52,049 nucleotides of DNA, from the NCBI GenBank assembly GCA_964390115.1, contig CAYMGT010000001.1, positions 5,426 to 57,474 on the forward strand. The letters run 5' to 3'. Source of the DNA: an uncultured Gammaproteobacteria bacterium (GTDB lineage Bacteria > Patescibacteriota > Patescibacteriia > Patescibacteriales > UBA12465). The notes under the pieces were generated by a model that was not told where the DNA came from, did no database searches, and saw only the letters and a list, made by a program, of their open reading frames with translations. The translations under genes and the position numbers were made by a program. Position 1 is the first letter of the stretch, and every line of letters starts with the position of its first letter. Below are positions 35,764 through 44,902 of this stretch, one piece after another.

Positions 35764-38700
35764 ATGAACTATCAAGAAAAAATCTCTGAAAAATTAGATA
35801 GGTCTTTTAAAAAAGAACAAAATTCATGGTTAGGTTTTTTTATTAAAAACTATCGTTTTACCTATTTAATTATTATAGCCATTATTGTCTTTGGTTTAGT
35901 GGCACTATTTACAATCCCTAAAGAGTCTGAACCCGAGGTAAAAGTGCCTTACGCTCTAGTTAGTACAATGTATATTGGGGCTAGTCCCTCAGATGTGGAG
36001 ACCACGGTAACTAATAAAATTGAAGATAAGATTAAAAATCTAGAAAATTTAAACAACTTTACTTCAACTTCTGCCTTGGGTTTTTCTTCAATTTTTGTAG
36101 AATTTAATGCTAGTGCTGATTTACAAGAAAGTTTACGTAAATTAAGAGAAGCGGTTGATTTAGCTGAGCCATCTCTACCTAGTCAAGTAGACAGTCCTAA
36201 GGTAAGTGAAATTCGCTTAAGCGACTATCCAATTGTTACCTATTCTCTAATTGGTGACTACGACGACCAACAATTAAAAATATACGCTGACATATTAGAA
36301 GGTGAACTAGATGGAGTTAAAGATGTATCAAAAGTAGAAATTATTGGTGGTCTAGAAAGAGAGTTTCAAGTAATAATTGATCAAACTAAATTGAGCTTAT
36401 TCAACCTATCACTTTCTCAAGTTGTAAATTCTATTAGTATTAACAATTTTAGTTTACCAGCTGGAACAATGGAAATAGATAATTTTAGATACAATGTTAG
36501 AGTAAAAGGCAAGGTTGGGCAGAGTCTTGATTTAGAAAATCTTGTTATCGCCACATATGATAATTCTCCGGTATTTTTAAAAGATATAGCCAATGTAAAA
36601 GATACTTTTAAGGAAAAAAATACTGAGTCTCGTATTGGTTATCCTGGAACCAGTCCGCAAAATACTATTTCTCTTCAGGTCTATAAAAAACAAGGTGGTA
36701 ATATTTTAAATATTGTAGAAAATTCTCAAGAAACCATTGATGAACTAAAAAAATCAAATATACTACCAACAGGAATGAAAATTGAAAAAACTAATGATAA
36801 TTCAGTTTTTATAAAAAAAGATTTAAGTATACTAGGTAGTAGCGCCATACAAACCTTTATTCTCATCGCTTTAATATTATTAGCTATACTAAGTCTTAGG
36901 GGGGCCATAATAACTGCTCTAGCTGTACCAATAGCATTTTTAATGTCTTTTATGTTCTTAAGATTTCAGGGCATGACTTTAAATACAATGGTTCTCTTTG
37001 CTTTAGTTCTGTCTTTAGGCCTTATGGTTGATAACGCTATTGTAATTATTGAGGGAATTAATGAATACACAGAAAAACATAAAAAATCTATATATAAAGC
37101 AGCTATTTTATCTATATGGAATTTTAAAGCAGCTATAACTTCCGGAACTCTAACCACTGTTTCTGCTTTTTTACCCTTACTTTTAGTTTCAGGTATTATG
37201 GGTGAATATATTGGCATTCTTCCAAAAACTTTAACCATTACTCTTTTATCTAGTCTATTTGTAGCCTTAATTATTATCCCTACTTTAGTTACTAGATTTA
37301 TTAAAATTAAAAAACATGCGAATGGGGACTCTAAAGAAAAACGTAGACATGTATTTATAAAAAAAATTATAGATAAATTAGCAGTAAATTATAGAAAAAC
37401 TTTAGAAAAAATACTTCCTTATAAAAAAAGGCGTGTTTCCGTTATAATTGGAGCTCTTATGTTGTTTTTTATCGCCGTAGCCATGCCTATAAGTGGTCTC
37501 GTAAGAATAGAAATGTTTCCTAAAATAGATTTTGATTACTTCTATATAAACATTGAACTTCCAGCTGGCTCTAATTTAGAGAAAACTGAAAAAATAACTC
37601 AGGAAGTTGAAAATATAATAAAAGACAGTGAAAGTTTAGAAAATTACGTTACTAATATAGGATCTCAAATAAGTGCTTTCTCTGGTTCCAGTGCCTCTTC
37701 TAACTCACAAAATAAAGCTAACATTACGGTTAATTTAAAACCTGCTAAAGAAAGAGATCTATCTAGTATAGAGATATCTGAAAAACTAAGAGATGAGATA
37801 ACTGCGGTTTCTGGTGCTAAAATAACTATTGATGAATTAAGTGCTGGACCCCCGACCGGATCTCCAATAGAGATTAGAATATTTTCTAACAATAACCAGT
37901 ATTTAGGAAATTTAAGTGAACAGATAGAAGATTACTTGAATTCCCAAAATAAGATAATTAATGTAAATTCCAGCTTGACTGATGCCACTGGAGAATTTGT
38001 TTTCACTATCAATAAGCAACAAGCTAACTACTATGGCCTTAGTGCCAGTGCTATAGCTTCTACAGTAAGAAGTGCTATATTTGGAACAACTGCTTCAGTT
38101 ATAAATATTGAAAATGAAGATGTGGATATAGTGGTAAAATATGCTAAGGAAGAATTTAAAAATATAAACGACTTAAAAGAACTTATTTTACTTACTCCTA
38201 CTGGGCAAACGGTTTATTTAAAACAGCTGGCTGATGTTAAAATAGAACCGTCCCTTTTATCTATAGATCATAAAGAAGGTAAGCAAATAGCCACTATTAC
38301 AGCCGACCTTGAAAAAGGTGGTAATTTACAAAACATAACACAAGACTTCTTAGAATATAAAAATAGTTTATCATTACCAGAAAATACTTCTGTTGAAATT
38401 GGTGGAGAAAATGAAGATCTAAATAAATCATTTCAAGAAATGGCTCTTTCCATGATTATAGCTGTACTCTTAATAGCCATGATTTTAATTTTACAATTTA
38501 ATTCATTTAAACAACCGCTCATTATTTTATTCTCCTTACCATTATCTATTATTGGTGTTATATTTGGTTTAATTGTCCTTAACATGTCCTTTTCTATTAG
38601 TGTATTTATTGGTATAGTTTCCTTAGCGGGAATAGTGGTAAACGGTGGAATTGTTTTAATTGATAGAATCAATAAAAATATTAAAAATGGACTTGATTTC

Positions 38701-38922
38701 CATGAAGCTGTTATCGAAGGCGGTATCGCTAGAATGCAACCAATACTTATTACCTCAATTACCACCATTGTGGGTATAATTCCTTTAATCTTTGCCAGTG
38801 AACTATGGCGAGGTTTAAGTGTTTCTATTATTTTTGGCTTACTATTTTCCACCCTTTTAAATTTAATTTTTGTACCTATACTCTACACCTCTATGTGTAA
38901 AAAGGGGTGCACTAAAAAATAA
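35764..38922 (+). CDS. RND-superfamily efflux transporter (AcrB-like)
   Basis: 1052 aa with a 12-TM two-repeat layout and two large loop domains. AcrB-like segments include LGLMVDNAIVIIEGI and SLAGIVVNGGIVLIDRI. Confidence 0.9.
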   Translation: MNYQEKISEKLDRSFKKEQNSWLGFFIKNYRFTYLIIIAIIVFGLVALFTIPKESEPEVKVPYALVSTMYIGASPSDVETTVTNKIEDKIKNLENLNNFTSTSALGFSSIFVEFNASADLQESLRKLREAVDLAEPSLPSQVDSPKVSEIRLSDYPIVTYSLIGDYDDQQLKIYADILEGELDGVKDVSKVEIIGGLEREFQVIIDQTKLSLFNLSLSQVVNSISINNFSLPAGTMEIDNFRYNVRVKGKVGQSLDLENLVIATYDNSPVFLKDIANVKDTFKEKNTESRIGYPGTSPQNTISLQVYKKQGGNILNIVENSQETIDELKKSNILPTGMKIEKTNDNSVFIKKDLSILGSSAIQTFILIALILLAILSLRGAIITALAVPIAFLMSFMFLRFQGMTLNTMVLFALVLSLGLMVDNAIVIIEGINEYTEKHKKSIYKAAILSIWNFKAAITSGTLTTVSAFLPLLLVSGIMGEYIGILPKTLTITLLSSLFVALIIIPTLVTRFIKIKKHANGDSKEKRRHVFIKKIIDKLAVNYRKTLEKILPYKKRRVSVIIGALMLFFIAVAMPISGLVRIEMFPKIDFDYFYINIELPAGSNLEKTEKITQEVENIIKDSESLENYVTNIGSQISAFSGSSASSNSQNKANITVNLKPAKERDLSSIEISEKLRDEITAVSGAKITIDELSAGPPTGSPIEIRIFSNNNQYLGNLSEQIEDYLNSQNKIINVNSSLTDATGEFVFTINKQQANYYGLSASAIASTVRSAIFGTTASVINIENEDVDIVVKYAKEEFKNINDLKELILLTPTGQTVYLKQLADVKIEPSLLSIDHKEGKQIATITADLEKGGNLQNITQDFLEYKNSLSLPENTSVEIGGENEDLNKSFQEMALSMIIAVLLIAMILILQFNSFKQPLIILFSLPLSIIGVIFGLIVLNMSFSISVFIGIVSLAGIVVNGGIVLIDRINKNIKNGLDFHEAVIEGGIARMQPILITSITTIVGIIPLIFASELWRGLSVSIIFGLLFSTLLNLIFVPILYTSMCKKGCTKK

Positions 38923-38932
38923 CTAAAACATT

Positions 38933-40003
38933 ATGAGTTTGCAATTAGCTATTGTCGGATTGCCCAATGTTGGTAAATCTAGTTTATTTAACCTACTTAC
39001 TAAAAAACAAGTAGAAGCTTCTAATTATCCTTTTTGCACTATCTCCCCTAATGTTGGTGTTGTCACAGTGCCCGATAAAAGATTAGATTTATTATCTAAT
39101 ATGTCTAAATCTAAAAAGACTATTCACACAGCCATTGAATTTGTGGATATAGCTGGCCTTGTTAGAGGGGCGCACGAGGGAGAAGGTCTGGGAAACCAGT
39201 TTTTAGCTAATATAAGAGAATGTGATGCTATTTGTGAAGTTATTAGAGGTTTTAAAGATGAAAACGTTGTTCATATTTCAGGTAAAATAGACCCCGAAGA
39301 GGATAGAGAGACTATTGACTTGGAATTATTATTTGCAGATATGGCGACTATTAAAAAAAGACTCGAAAAAAGTCAAAAAGAATCTAAGTCTGGTGATAAA
39401 GAGGCTCTAATCTTTAAGGAAATTTTACAAAAAATTGCTGATGAACTAGAAAAGGGAATAGCTGTTAGGGATATGTCACTTACGGAAAAAGAATCTGAGG
39501 TTATAAGGTATTTAAATTTACTCACCGCCAAACCACTTATTTATGTTTTAAATGCTGATGAAAAAGATTTTTCTGGGCAAGAACTGGAATCTAAAAATTT
39601 TAAAAATATTCTTTTTATAAACGTTAAGTTAGAACAGGAAATAATGGAATTAAGTGAAAGCGAGCAAAAAGAATATTTAGAAGAATTAGGCTTGAAACAA
39701 AGTGGTTTAGATAAACTAATTTCAGCTTCTTATAAGCTGTTAAATTTAGATACTTTTTTTACCACTGGCCCAGAAGAAAGTCGGGCTTGGACTATAGAAT
39801 CTGGTTCACTAGCCCCTCGGGCTGGATCGGCTATACATACAGATTTTGAAAAATTATTTATTAGAGCTGAAGTTATTAATTGGGAAAAATTATTACAAAT
39901 TGGTTCAATAAGTAAAGCCAAAGAACAGGGAGAAGTAAGAATTGAGGGTAAAAACTATACAATGAAAGATGGAGATGTTTGTATTTTTTTAATTAATAAA
40001 TAG
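38933..40003 (+). CDS. ychF: Ribosome-binding ATPase YchF
   Basis: LAIVGLPNVGKSSLFNLLT, NYPFCTISPNVG, DIAGLVRGAHEGEGLGNQFL and a C-terminal TGS-like domain. Confidence 0.93.
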   Translation: MSLQLAIVGLPNVGKSSLFNLLTKKQVEASNYPFCTISPNVGVVTVPDKRLDLLSNMSKSKKTIHTAIEFVDIAGLVRGAHEGEGLGNQFLANIRECDAICEVIRGFKDENVVHISGKIDPEEDRETIDLELLFADMATIKKRLEKSQKESKSGDKEALIFKEILQKIADELEKGIAVRDMSLTEKESEVIRYLNLLTAKPLIYVLNADEKDFSGQELESKNFKNILFINVKLEQEIMELSESEQKEYLEELGLKQSGLDKLISASYKLLNLDTFFTTGPEESRAWTIESGSLAPRAGSAIHTDFEKLFIRAEVINWEKLLQIGSISKAKEQGEVRIEGKNYTMKDGDVCIFLINK

Positions 40004-40028
40004 GTAGTTATAAAACCTAAGCTTATTT

Positions 40029-41213
40029 CTAAACTTTAGGTTTTTTTAATATTAAAATTTCGCGCCAAGCTTTTTGATTTTTTCGTCCATAAATTAAAGT
40101 TTTTCTGAAAGTACTAAGTTTATTTTTTTGTAAAAAATCCCAAGTAATCAACTTAAATTTATTTAAGTCTATATCTAAATAAATAGGATTATTTTCTGGT
40201 GAAAAAACTGGCCAGATAATAACTAAAATTTCATCTGGTTTTAAAATAATAAATAACTCCTTTAAAGTCTGAGAATATAAACACTCTAATTCTTTTTTAG
40301 TTTGTAAATAATCAACCCTTGCTCTTTGTGGTCCAAGATAGGGTTCAGTAATAATAGTGTCAAAAGTATTTTTTTCAAAAAATTCAGAAATATTTTCAAC
40401 TTTGTGTTTAATTAATTTTAATTCAAATCCAGCTAAATTATATTTTTTGCTTAACCAGTCTATATTATCCCTAGTGTCAGAAATAGCTTTTTTTGATATA
40501 TCAGAACCAACGATATTTTTTGCCCCTAAAAGCAGCGCTTCACTAATAATTGTTCCTGATCCACAAAAAGGGTCAAGTAATTTTTTTTCAGGAGAAAATT
40601 CACCTAAGTTTAGCATTATTTTAGCTAACTTAGGTGGCAACATGCCTGAAAAACTATCTCTTTTGGGGCGACCGTAATCTCTATCAGAATAATCAAAAAA
40701 CGCTTGTAATTCTAAAATCTTTATAGCTGTATAAGTTTCTCCCTGTTTAATTAATAAAAACTCCACGCCTCTATCACTTATTAGCTTGTTGTGATATGAA
40801 CTAGCTGAATCAGTGGCTCTAGTTAATAAATTAACCCATCTCGAACTAGCGTCTCTCGCCTTTAAATCCTCTTTAATTTCAATAGCTATTTTTTTATAGT
40901 CAAAATTAAAATTATCAAAACTAGAAAAACCAAAATTAAACTTACTACTAATATTTTTTTTCTCAAATTCTTCTATAACAGCTTTTTTAAGCTTAATTTT
41001 TAAGTCTTGAGCTGAGGCTATAAAAGAAACTTCACCAATTTTTATACAACCACCCAATTTTTGCATTAATATACTTATTTCATTTTCACTTATAGCTAAA
41101 TCAAAAATAGCTACTTGATTAACTAACTGACAATCATCTTTCTTAAGTAAAGAAAAAACCTCTGCCAAAGAGACTCCTAAATTGTTTCCCAGTATAAAAG
41201 CTATTTTTTTCAT
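40029..41213 (-). CDS. SAM-dependent methyltransferase (UPF0020/TRM11-like, probable RNA methylase)
   Basis: Motif I is LDPFCGSGTIISEALLLG; the motif IV-like sequence is IITEPYLG. The N-terminal domain of about 170 aa is unassigned. The stop is TAG. Confidence 0.55.
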   Translation of the reverse strand: MKKIAFILGNNLGVSLAEVFSLLKKDDCQLVNQVAIFDLAISENEISILMQKLGGCIKIGEVSFIASAQDLKIKLKKAVIEEFEKKNISSKFNFGFSSFDNFNFDYKKIAIEIKEDLKARDASSRWVNLLTRATDSASSYHNKLISDRGVEFLLIKQGETYTAIKILELQAFFDYSDRDYGRPKRDSFSGMLPPKLAKIMLNLGEFSPEKKLLDPFCGSGTIISEALLLGAKNIVGSDISKKAISDTRDNIDWLSKKYNLAGFELKLIKHKVENISEFFEKNTFDTIITEPYLGPQRARVDYLQTKKELECLYSQTLKELFIILKPDEILVIIWPVFSPENNPIYLDIDLNKFKLITWDFLQKNKLSTFRKTLIYGRKNQKAWREILILKKPKV

Positions 41214-41272
41214 AATTTAAGAATATAACACTTTTATTATAATTACAAATCCTATGGGATTATATTCGTCCC

Positions 41273-41300
41273 TTGCTTTTTTCTATTATCATGTTATAAT
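41273..41300 (+). promoter_or_regulatory. Putative promoter of the rpsF operon
   Basis: TTGCTT (41273-41278), a 16-nt spacer, then TGt-TATAAT (41295-41300). Confidence 0.4.
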
Positions 41301-41306
41301 AATATA

Positions 41307-41490
41307 AATTTAACAATATTATACCTTTCCCATGAATTGATTTATTTCAATGAGTTCTAGTCTTAATTAGCCTAGAATAAAGGTATTACAAAAACCCGAG
41401 CGTTTTGTAATGCTGGGGATTTTTATTTATAAATAATTTAATTTTACTTTAAGCTTTCTACAAGGCTAAAGAAGTATAATAAGAAAAAAT
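41307..41490 (+). promoter_or_regulatory. Structured 5' leader of rpsF-ssb-rpsR with mutually exclusive hairpins (candidate r-protein autoregulatory leader)
   Basis: ATACCTTT 41321-41328 / AAAGGTAT 41379-41386 encloses the hairpin TTCTAG 41355-41360 / CTAGAA 41372-41377. After that, ATTACAAAA 41385-41393 / TTTTGTAAT 41403-41411 competes with CCCGAGC 41395-41401 / GCTGGGG 41412-41418, which is followed by ATTTTT. Confidence 0.4.
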
Positions 41491-42093
41491 ATGTCAAAAA
41501 CAAAACCAGCTGGAGATGGGCACTACGAAATACTCTTCATTATCCCTAACCAATATACCGAAGAAGAGGCTAAAAAAATCATTGAAGATGTAAATAAATT
41601 AATTACCAAAGAAGATGGTAAAATAATTTATGAAGAATTTTGGGGTAAGAAAAAATTAGCTTATCCAATAAATCATAACCACTTTGGTTATTATCAACTA
41701 ATTAAATTTGATCTTGATAGAAAAAATCTTAAAGAATTAAATAATTTAATGCGTTTATCAGACAAAATTATCCGCCATCAAATTGTTAAAATTAAAGAAC
41801 AAAGTTTAGAACAAATCTTAGAAGAGAAAAAGAAACAAGAAGAGTTAAATCAAAAAGAGAAAGATGCTAAAGAAGAAAAAGATCAAAAAAATAAAAAAGT
41901 AGACAAAAACGTTTCCAAAGAAGGTTCTGAAAATAAAAAGAATACAACTAAAAAAACAGAAAAAAAAGAGCTATCGGATAAATCCGACAGCAAAAAAAAG
42001 ATTAAAAGAACTAGTCAAGAAGAAAAAGATGACTTAAAGAATCTAGATGATAAGTTACAAGGAATATTAGATGCTAAAGACTTAATTAAATAA
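41491..42093 (+). CDS. rpsF: 30S ribosomal protein S6 with a K/E-rich C-terminal extension of about 100 aa
   Basis: HYEILFIIPNQYTEEEAKKI...WGKKKLAYPINHNHFGYYQLIKF...IRHQIVKI is the S6 core. Residues from about 100 to 200 are low-complexity K/E/D sequence. Confidence 0.88.
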   Translation: MSKTKPAGDGHYEILFIIPNQYTEEEAKKIIEDVNKLITKEDGKIIYEEFWGKKKLAYPINHNHFGYYQLIKFDLDRKNLKELNNLMRLSDKIIRHQIVKIKEQSLEQILEEKKKQEELNQKEKDAKEEKDQKNKKVDKNVSKEGSENKKNTTKKTEKKELSDKSDSKKKIKRTSQEEKDDLKNLDDKLQGILDAKDLIK

Positions 42094-42149
42094 TATTAAC
42101 TTTGTTGATTTTTTCTTCAATTAAGTAACTATCAACAAACAATAATCAT

Positions 42150-42596
42150 ATGAATTTAAACAAAGCCATGATTATAGGGAATGTTGCTAGAGATCCTGAA
42201 CTTAGAAACACTACTTCGGGACAAGCAGTAGCTTCTTTTTCAGTAGCAACTAACCTTTCCTGGACTGATCAATCTGGTCAAAAACAAGATAAAGCTGAGT
42301 TTCACAACATTGTTGCTTGGAGAAAATTAGCCGAGATTTGTTCTCAATATTTAAAAAAAGGTTCAAAAGTATACGTTGAGGGAAGATTACAGACTAGCGA
42401 CTGGGAAGGTCAAGATGGAAACAAAAGATATAAAACTGAAATTGTAATGGAAAATATGATAATGCTAGATAGTAAAGGACAAACTTCTGGTCAAATGAAT
42501 AATAATAAAAACAATAGCGCCAACAATATCCCCGTAATTCAACAAGAAGAAGTAATTAAAGATGAAGAAATTAAGGTTGAAGACATACCTTTTTAA
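42150..42596 (+). CDS. ssb: Single-stranded DNA-binding protein
   Basis: OB fold: MNLNKAMIIGNVARDPELRNTTSGQAVASFSVATN...FHNIVAWRKLAEI...YVEGRLQTSDWE. The C-terminal tip is EDIPF. Confidence 0.93.
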   Translation: MNLNKAMIIGNVARDPELRNTTSGQAVASFSVATNLSWTDQSGQKQDKAEFHNIVAWRKLAEICSQYLKKGSKVYVEGRLQTSDWEGQDGNKRYKTEIVMENMIMLDSKGQTSGQMNNNKNNSANNIPVIQQEEVIKDEEIKVEDIPF

Positions 42597-42618
42597 AAAA
42601 TAATACTAATAAAAAAAT

Positions 42619-42825
42619 ATGAATAATAAAAAACAATGTTATTTTTGTGTAAATAATTTAGAAGTGGATTATAAAGATGTTAGAACTTTACGTAAATTTA
42701 TGAATTTTTACATGAAAATTTTACCCGGAAAAAGAACTGGTATTTGTAGTTGGCACCAGAGAAAACTAGCCACAGCTGTAAAAAGAGCTAGAGTTGTAGC
42801 TTTGTTAGCTGCTACACATAAATAA
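42619..42825 (+). CDS. rpsR: 30S ribosomal protein S18
   Basis: CYFCVNNLEVDYKDVRTLRKFM...GKRTGICSWHQRKLATAVKRARVVALL. Confidence 0.93.
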   Translation: MNNKKQCYFCVNNLEVDYKDVRTLRKFMNFYMKILPGKRTGICSWHQRKLATAVKRARVVALLAATHK

Positions 42826-42840
42826 AATAATTACACAGCT

Positions 42841-43398
42841 ATGTTAAATTTTAATGAGATTAAAACAGGAAAAATTATTGAAATAAATAACGAGCCTTAT
42901 GTGATAGTTAATTCTAATCATCACAAAATGGCTAGAGGGGGCGCAATTTTAAAAACTAAATTAAAGAACGTTTTTACTGGATCTGTTTTAGAAAAAACTT
43001 TTCAAGGTAACGACAAGGCTCAAGAGGCAGAAATTGAAAAACAAAAAGCTGACTTTCTTTATCAAAATGAAACAGAGGCTTACTTTATGAATAACTCTAA
43101 TTATGAACAATTTTCAATTAGCTTAGAAGAGATTGGTGAACAGTTCAGATTTTTAAAAGAAGGTGTTGAAGTAAACGTCTTATATTTTCAAGATCGTCCC
43201 GTAACAATAGAATTACCAATAAAAATGGAATTTAAGGTTATATCTTCACCTCCTGGAGTTAAAGGAAATTCTGCTGGCAATGTAACAAAAACCATAGAAA
43301 TAGAAACAGGTACAAAAATAAATGCCCCTTTGTTTATAAACGAAGGAGATGTTATTAAAGTAAACACTGACACGGGAGAATACGTAGAAAGAGTTTAA
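42841..43398 (+). CDS. efp: Elongation factor P
   Basis: 185 aa with three OB or KOW-like domains. It aligns without gaps to B. subtilis EF-P around the beta3-beta4 loop; the loop here reads HKMARGGAIL. Confidence 0.9.
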   Translation: MLNFNEIKTGKIIEINNEPYVIVNSNHHKMARGGAILKTKLKNVFTGSVLEKTFQGNDKAQEAEIEKQKADFLYQNETEAYFMNNSNYEQFSISLEEIGEQFRFLKEGVEVNVLYFQDRPVTIELPIKMEFKVISSPPGVKGNSAGNVTKTIEIETGTKINAPLFINEGDVIKVNTDTGEYVERV

Positions 43399-43418
43399 AA
43401 CATAATAGCGATTATTAT

Positions 43419-43451
43419 AAAAAGAATTGTTAAAATTTAACAATTCTTTTT
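43419..43451. terminator. Strong bidirectional intrinsic terminator after efp
   Basis: The perfect palindrome GAATTGTTAA...TTAACAATTC (43424-43446) is flanked by A5 and T5. Confidence 0.7.
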
Positions 43452-43486
43452 AGTTTTAAACTTTTAAAAATGTTATAATAATATAT

Positions 43487-44902
43487 ATGGAAATACTAAT
43501 CATAATTTATTTAAGCTTATATTTGGCTATATCTATTTACCGACCTAGATTGGCATTATTGTTACTATTTTTCTCCTTACCTTCTTATTTAATACGTTTT
43601 ACCTTGCTAAGCCTTCCTTTAACTCTGCTAGAGTTACAAATTGTTATTTCTTTTTTAGTTTGGCTTGTGGGTAATTATAAAAATTTATATAAAAATCTTA
43701 AAACTAAAAAAAATATAAATAATCAATATCCTTTTCAAAATGAAATAATTTTTTGGTTGCTTTCGGTCTTATTAGCAGTCGCTGTAAGTAATTTTTCAAG
43801 TAGTTCTCTTGGTATTTTAAAGGCTTATTTTCTGGAACCGATAATGCTCTATATTTTAATAGTTAATTATTTCTTTAAAAAAAATGATTGGAAAAAAATT
43901 ATCTGGTCTCTAACTTTTTCCGCTTTAGCAGTATCCTTAGTTGCAATATATCAATATTTTACGGGTAATTTTATCTTTAACGATTTTTGGGCCAGAGAAG
44001 AAACCAGAAGGGTTGTGTCTTTTTTTGGTTATCCTAATGCAGTTGGTCTTTATTTAGCTCCGATTTTTATGTTAAGCTTTAGCCTACTAATTGATTACTT
44101 TAAAAAAGAAAAACTTTTTAATAACTTAAACTATATACTCGGCTTGATTGTTATTATTTTTTCCATGATAACATCTATTTCAGCAATATATTTTGCTAAA
44201 TCTGAAGGCGCTTTAATAGCCTTAACGGTAGCTACAGTTGTTTTTTTGTTTTTTTATAACAAAAAAACCCGTCTTTTAACCTCCTCTATAGTGGTGATTT
44301 TTTTAATTATACTATTTTCTAACACGTCTTACACTGAAAACTTGAAAAGCAAGCTTTATTTACAAGATAAATCTGGTCAAATTCGTCTAGCTCAATGGTC
44401 AGAAACTTGGAAAATGATGTCTGAAGAAAGATTATTAATAAGCGGTGCTGGGCTCAGTAATTATCAAAAATCTGTAAAACCTTATCATCAGGAAGGTATA
44501 TTTATTAAAGATTATAATGATTCAAAATGGTTAAATAAAGTTATGTTCAATGATGAATTTAGAAAAAAATCCTGGCAGCCACTAGAAATTTATTTATATC
44601 CACATAATATTTTTTTAAATTTTTGGGTTGAACTGGGATTACTGGGTTTAGTGGTTTACTTAATAATTACTATAAAATTTTTTTCTAAATTACTTATTTT
44701 GTTGAAAAAAAGATACACAAACAAACTTTTAAATCTGGGTCTACTAGCCTCGATGACTACTATTATAGTCCATGGGCTAGTAGATGTACCGTATTTTAAA
44801 AATGATTTAAGTATTTTATTTTGGTTACTTTTATCTTTACTTTCAATTAATATTATAAAACACAACAATGGAAAAAATGCCGCTGACAAAAGCTATAGCT
44901 AG
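43487..44902 (+). CDS. O-antigen ligase (Wzy_C) family membrane protein
   Basis: Polytopic. AKSEGALIALTV and YPHNIFLNFWVELGLLGLVVY resemble the Wzy_C core. Confidence 0.7.
   Translation: MEILIIIYLSLYLAISIYRPRLALLLLFFSLPSYLIRFTLLSLPLTLLELQIVISFLVWLVGNYKNLYKNLKTKKNINNQYPFQNEIIFWLLSVLLAVAVSNFSSSSLGILKAYFLEPIMLYILIVNYFFKKNDWKKIIWSLTFSALAVSLVAIYQYFTGNFIFNDFWAREETRRVVSFFGYPNAVGLYLAPIFMLSFSLLIDYFKKEKLFNNLNYILGLIVIIFSMITSISAIYFAKSEGALIALTVATVVFLFFYNKKTRLLTSSIVVIFLIILFSNTSYTENLKSKLYLQDKSGQIRLAQWSETWKMMSEERLLISGAGLSNYQKSVKPYHQEGIFIKDYNDSKWLNKVMFNDEFRKKSWQPLEIYLYPHNIFLNFWVELGLLGLVVYLIITIKFFSKLLILLKKRYTNKLLNLGLLASMTTIIVHGLVDVPYFKNDLSILFWLLLSLLSINIIKHNNGKNAADKSYS

Noticed and set aside
36726-38852. Minus-strand ORFs inside the RND transporter gene (36726-36908, 36966-37238, 37665-37892, 38433-38852)
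   Set aside because: They lie entirely within the 1052-aa AcrB-like ORF on the opposite strand, so I treat them as shadow ORFs.
40012-40047. Imperfect hairpin AACCTAAG...CTTTAGGTT between ychF and the convergent methyltransferase gene
   Set aside because: It is probably just a weak bidirectional terminator. It overlaps the last codons and TAG stop of the methyltransferase gene and has a bulge, so it is too marginal to annotate as a feature.
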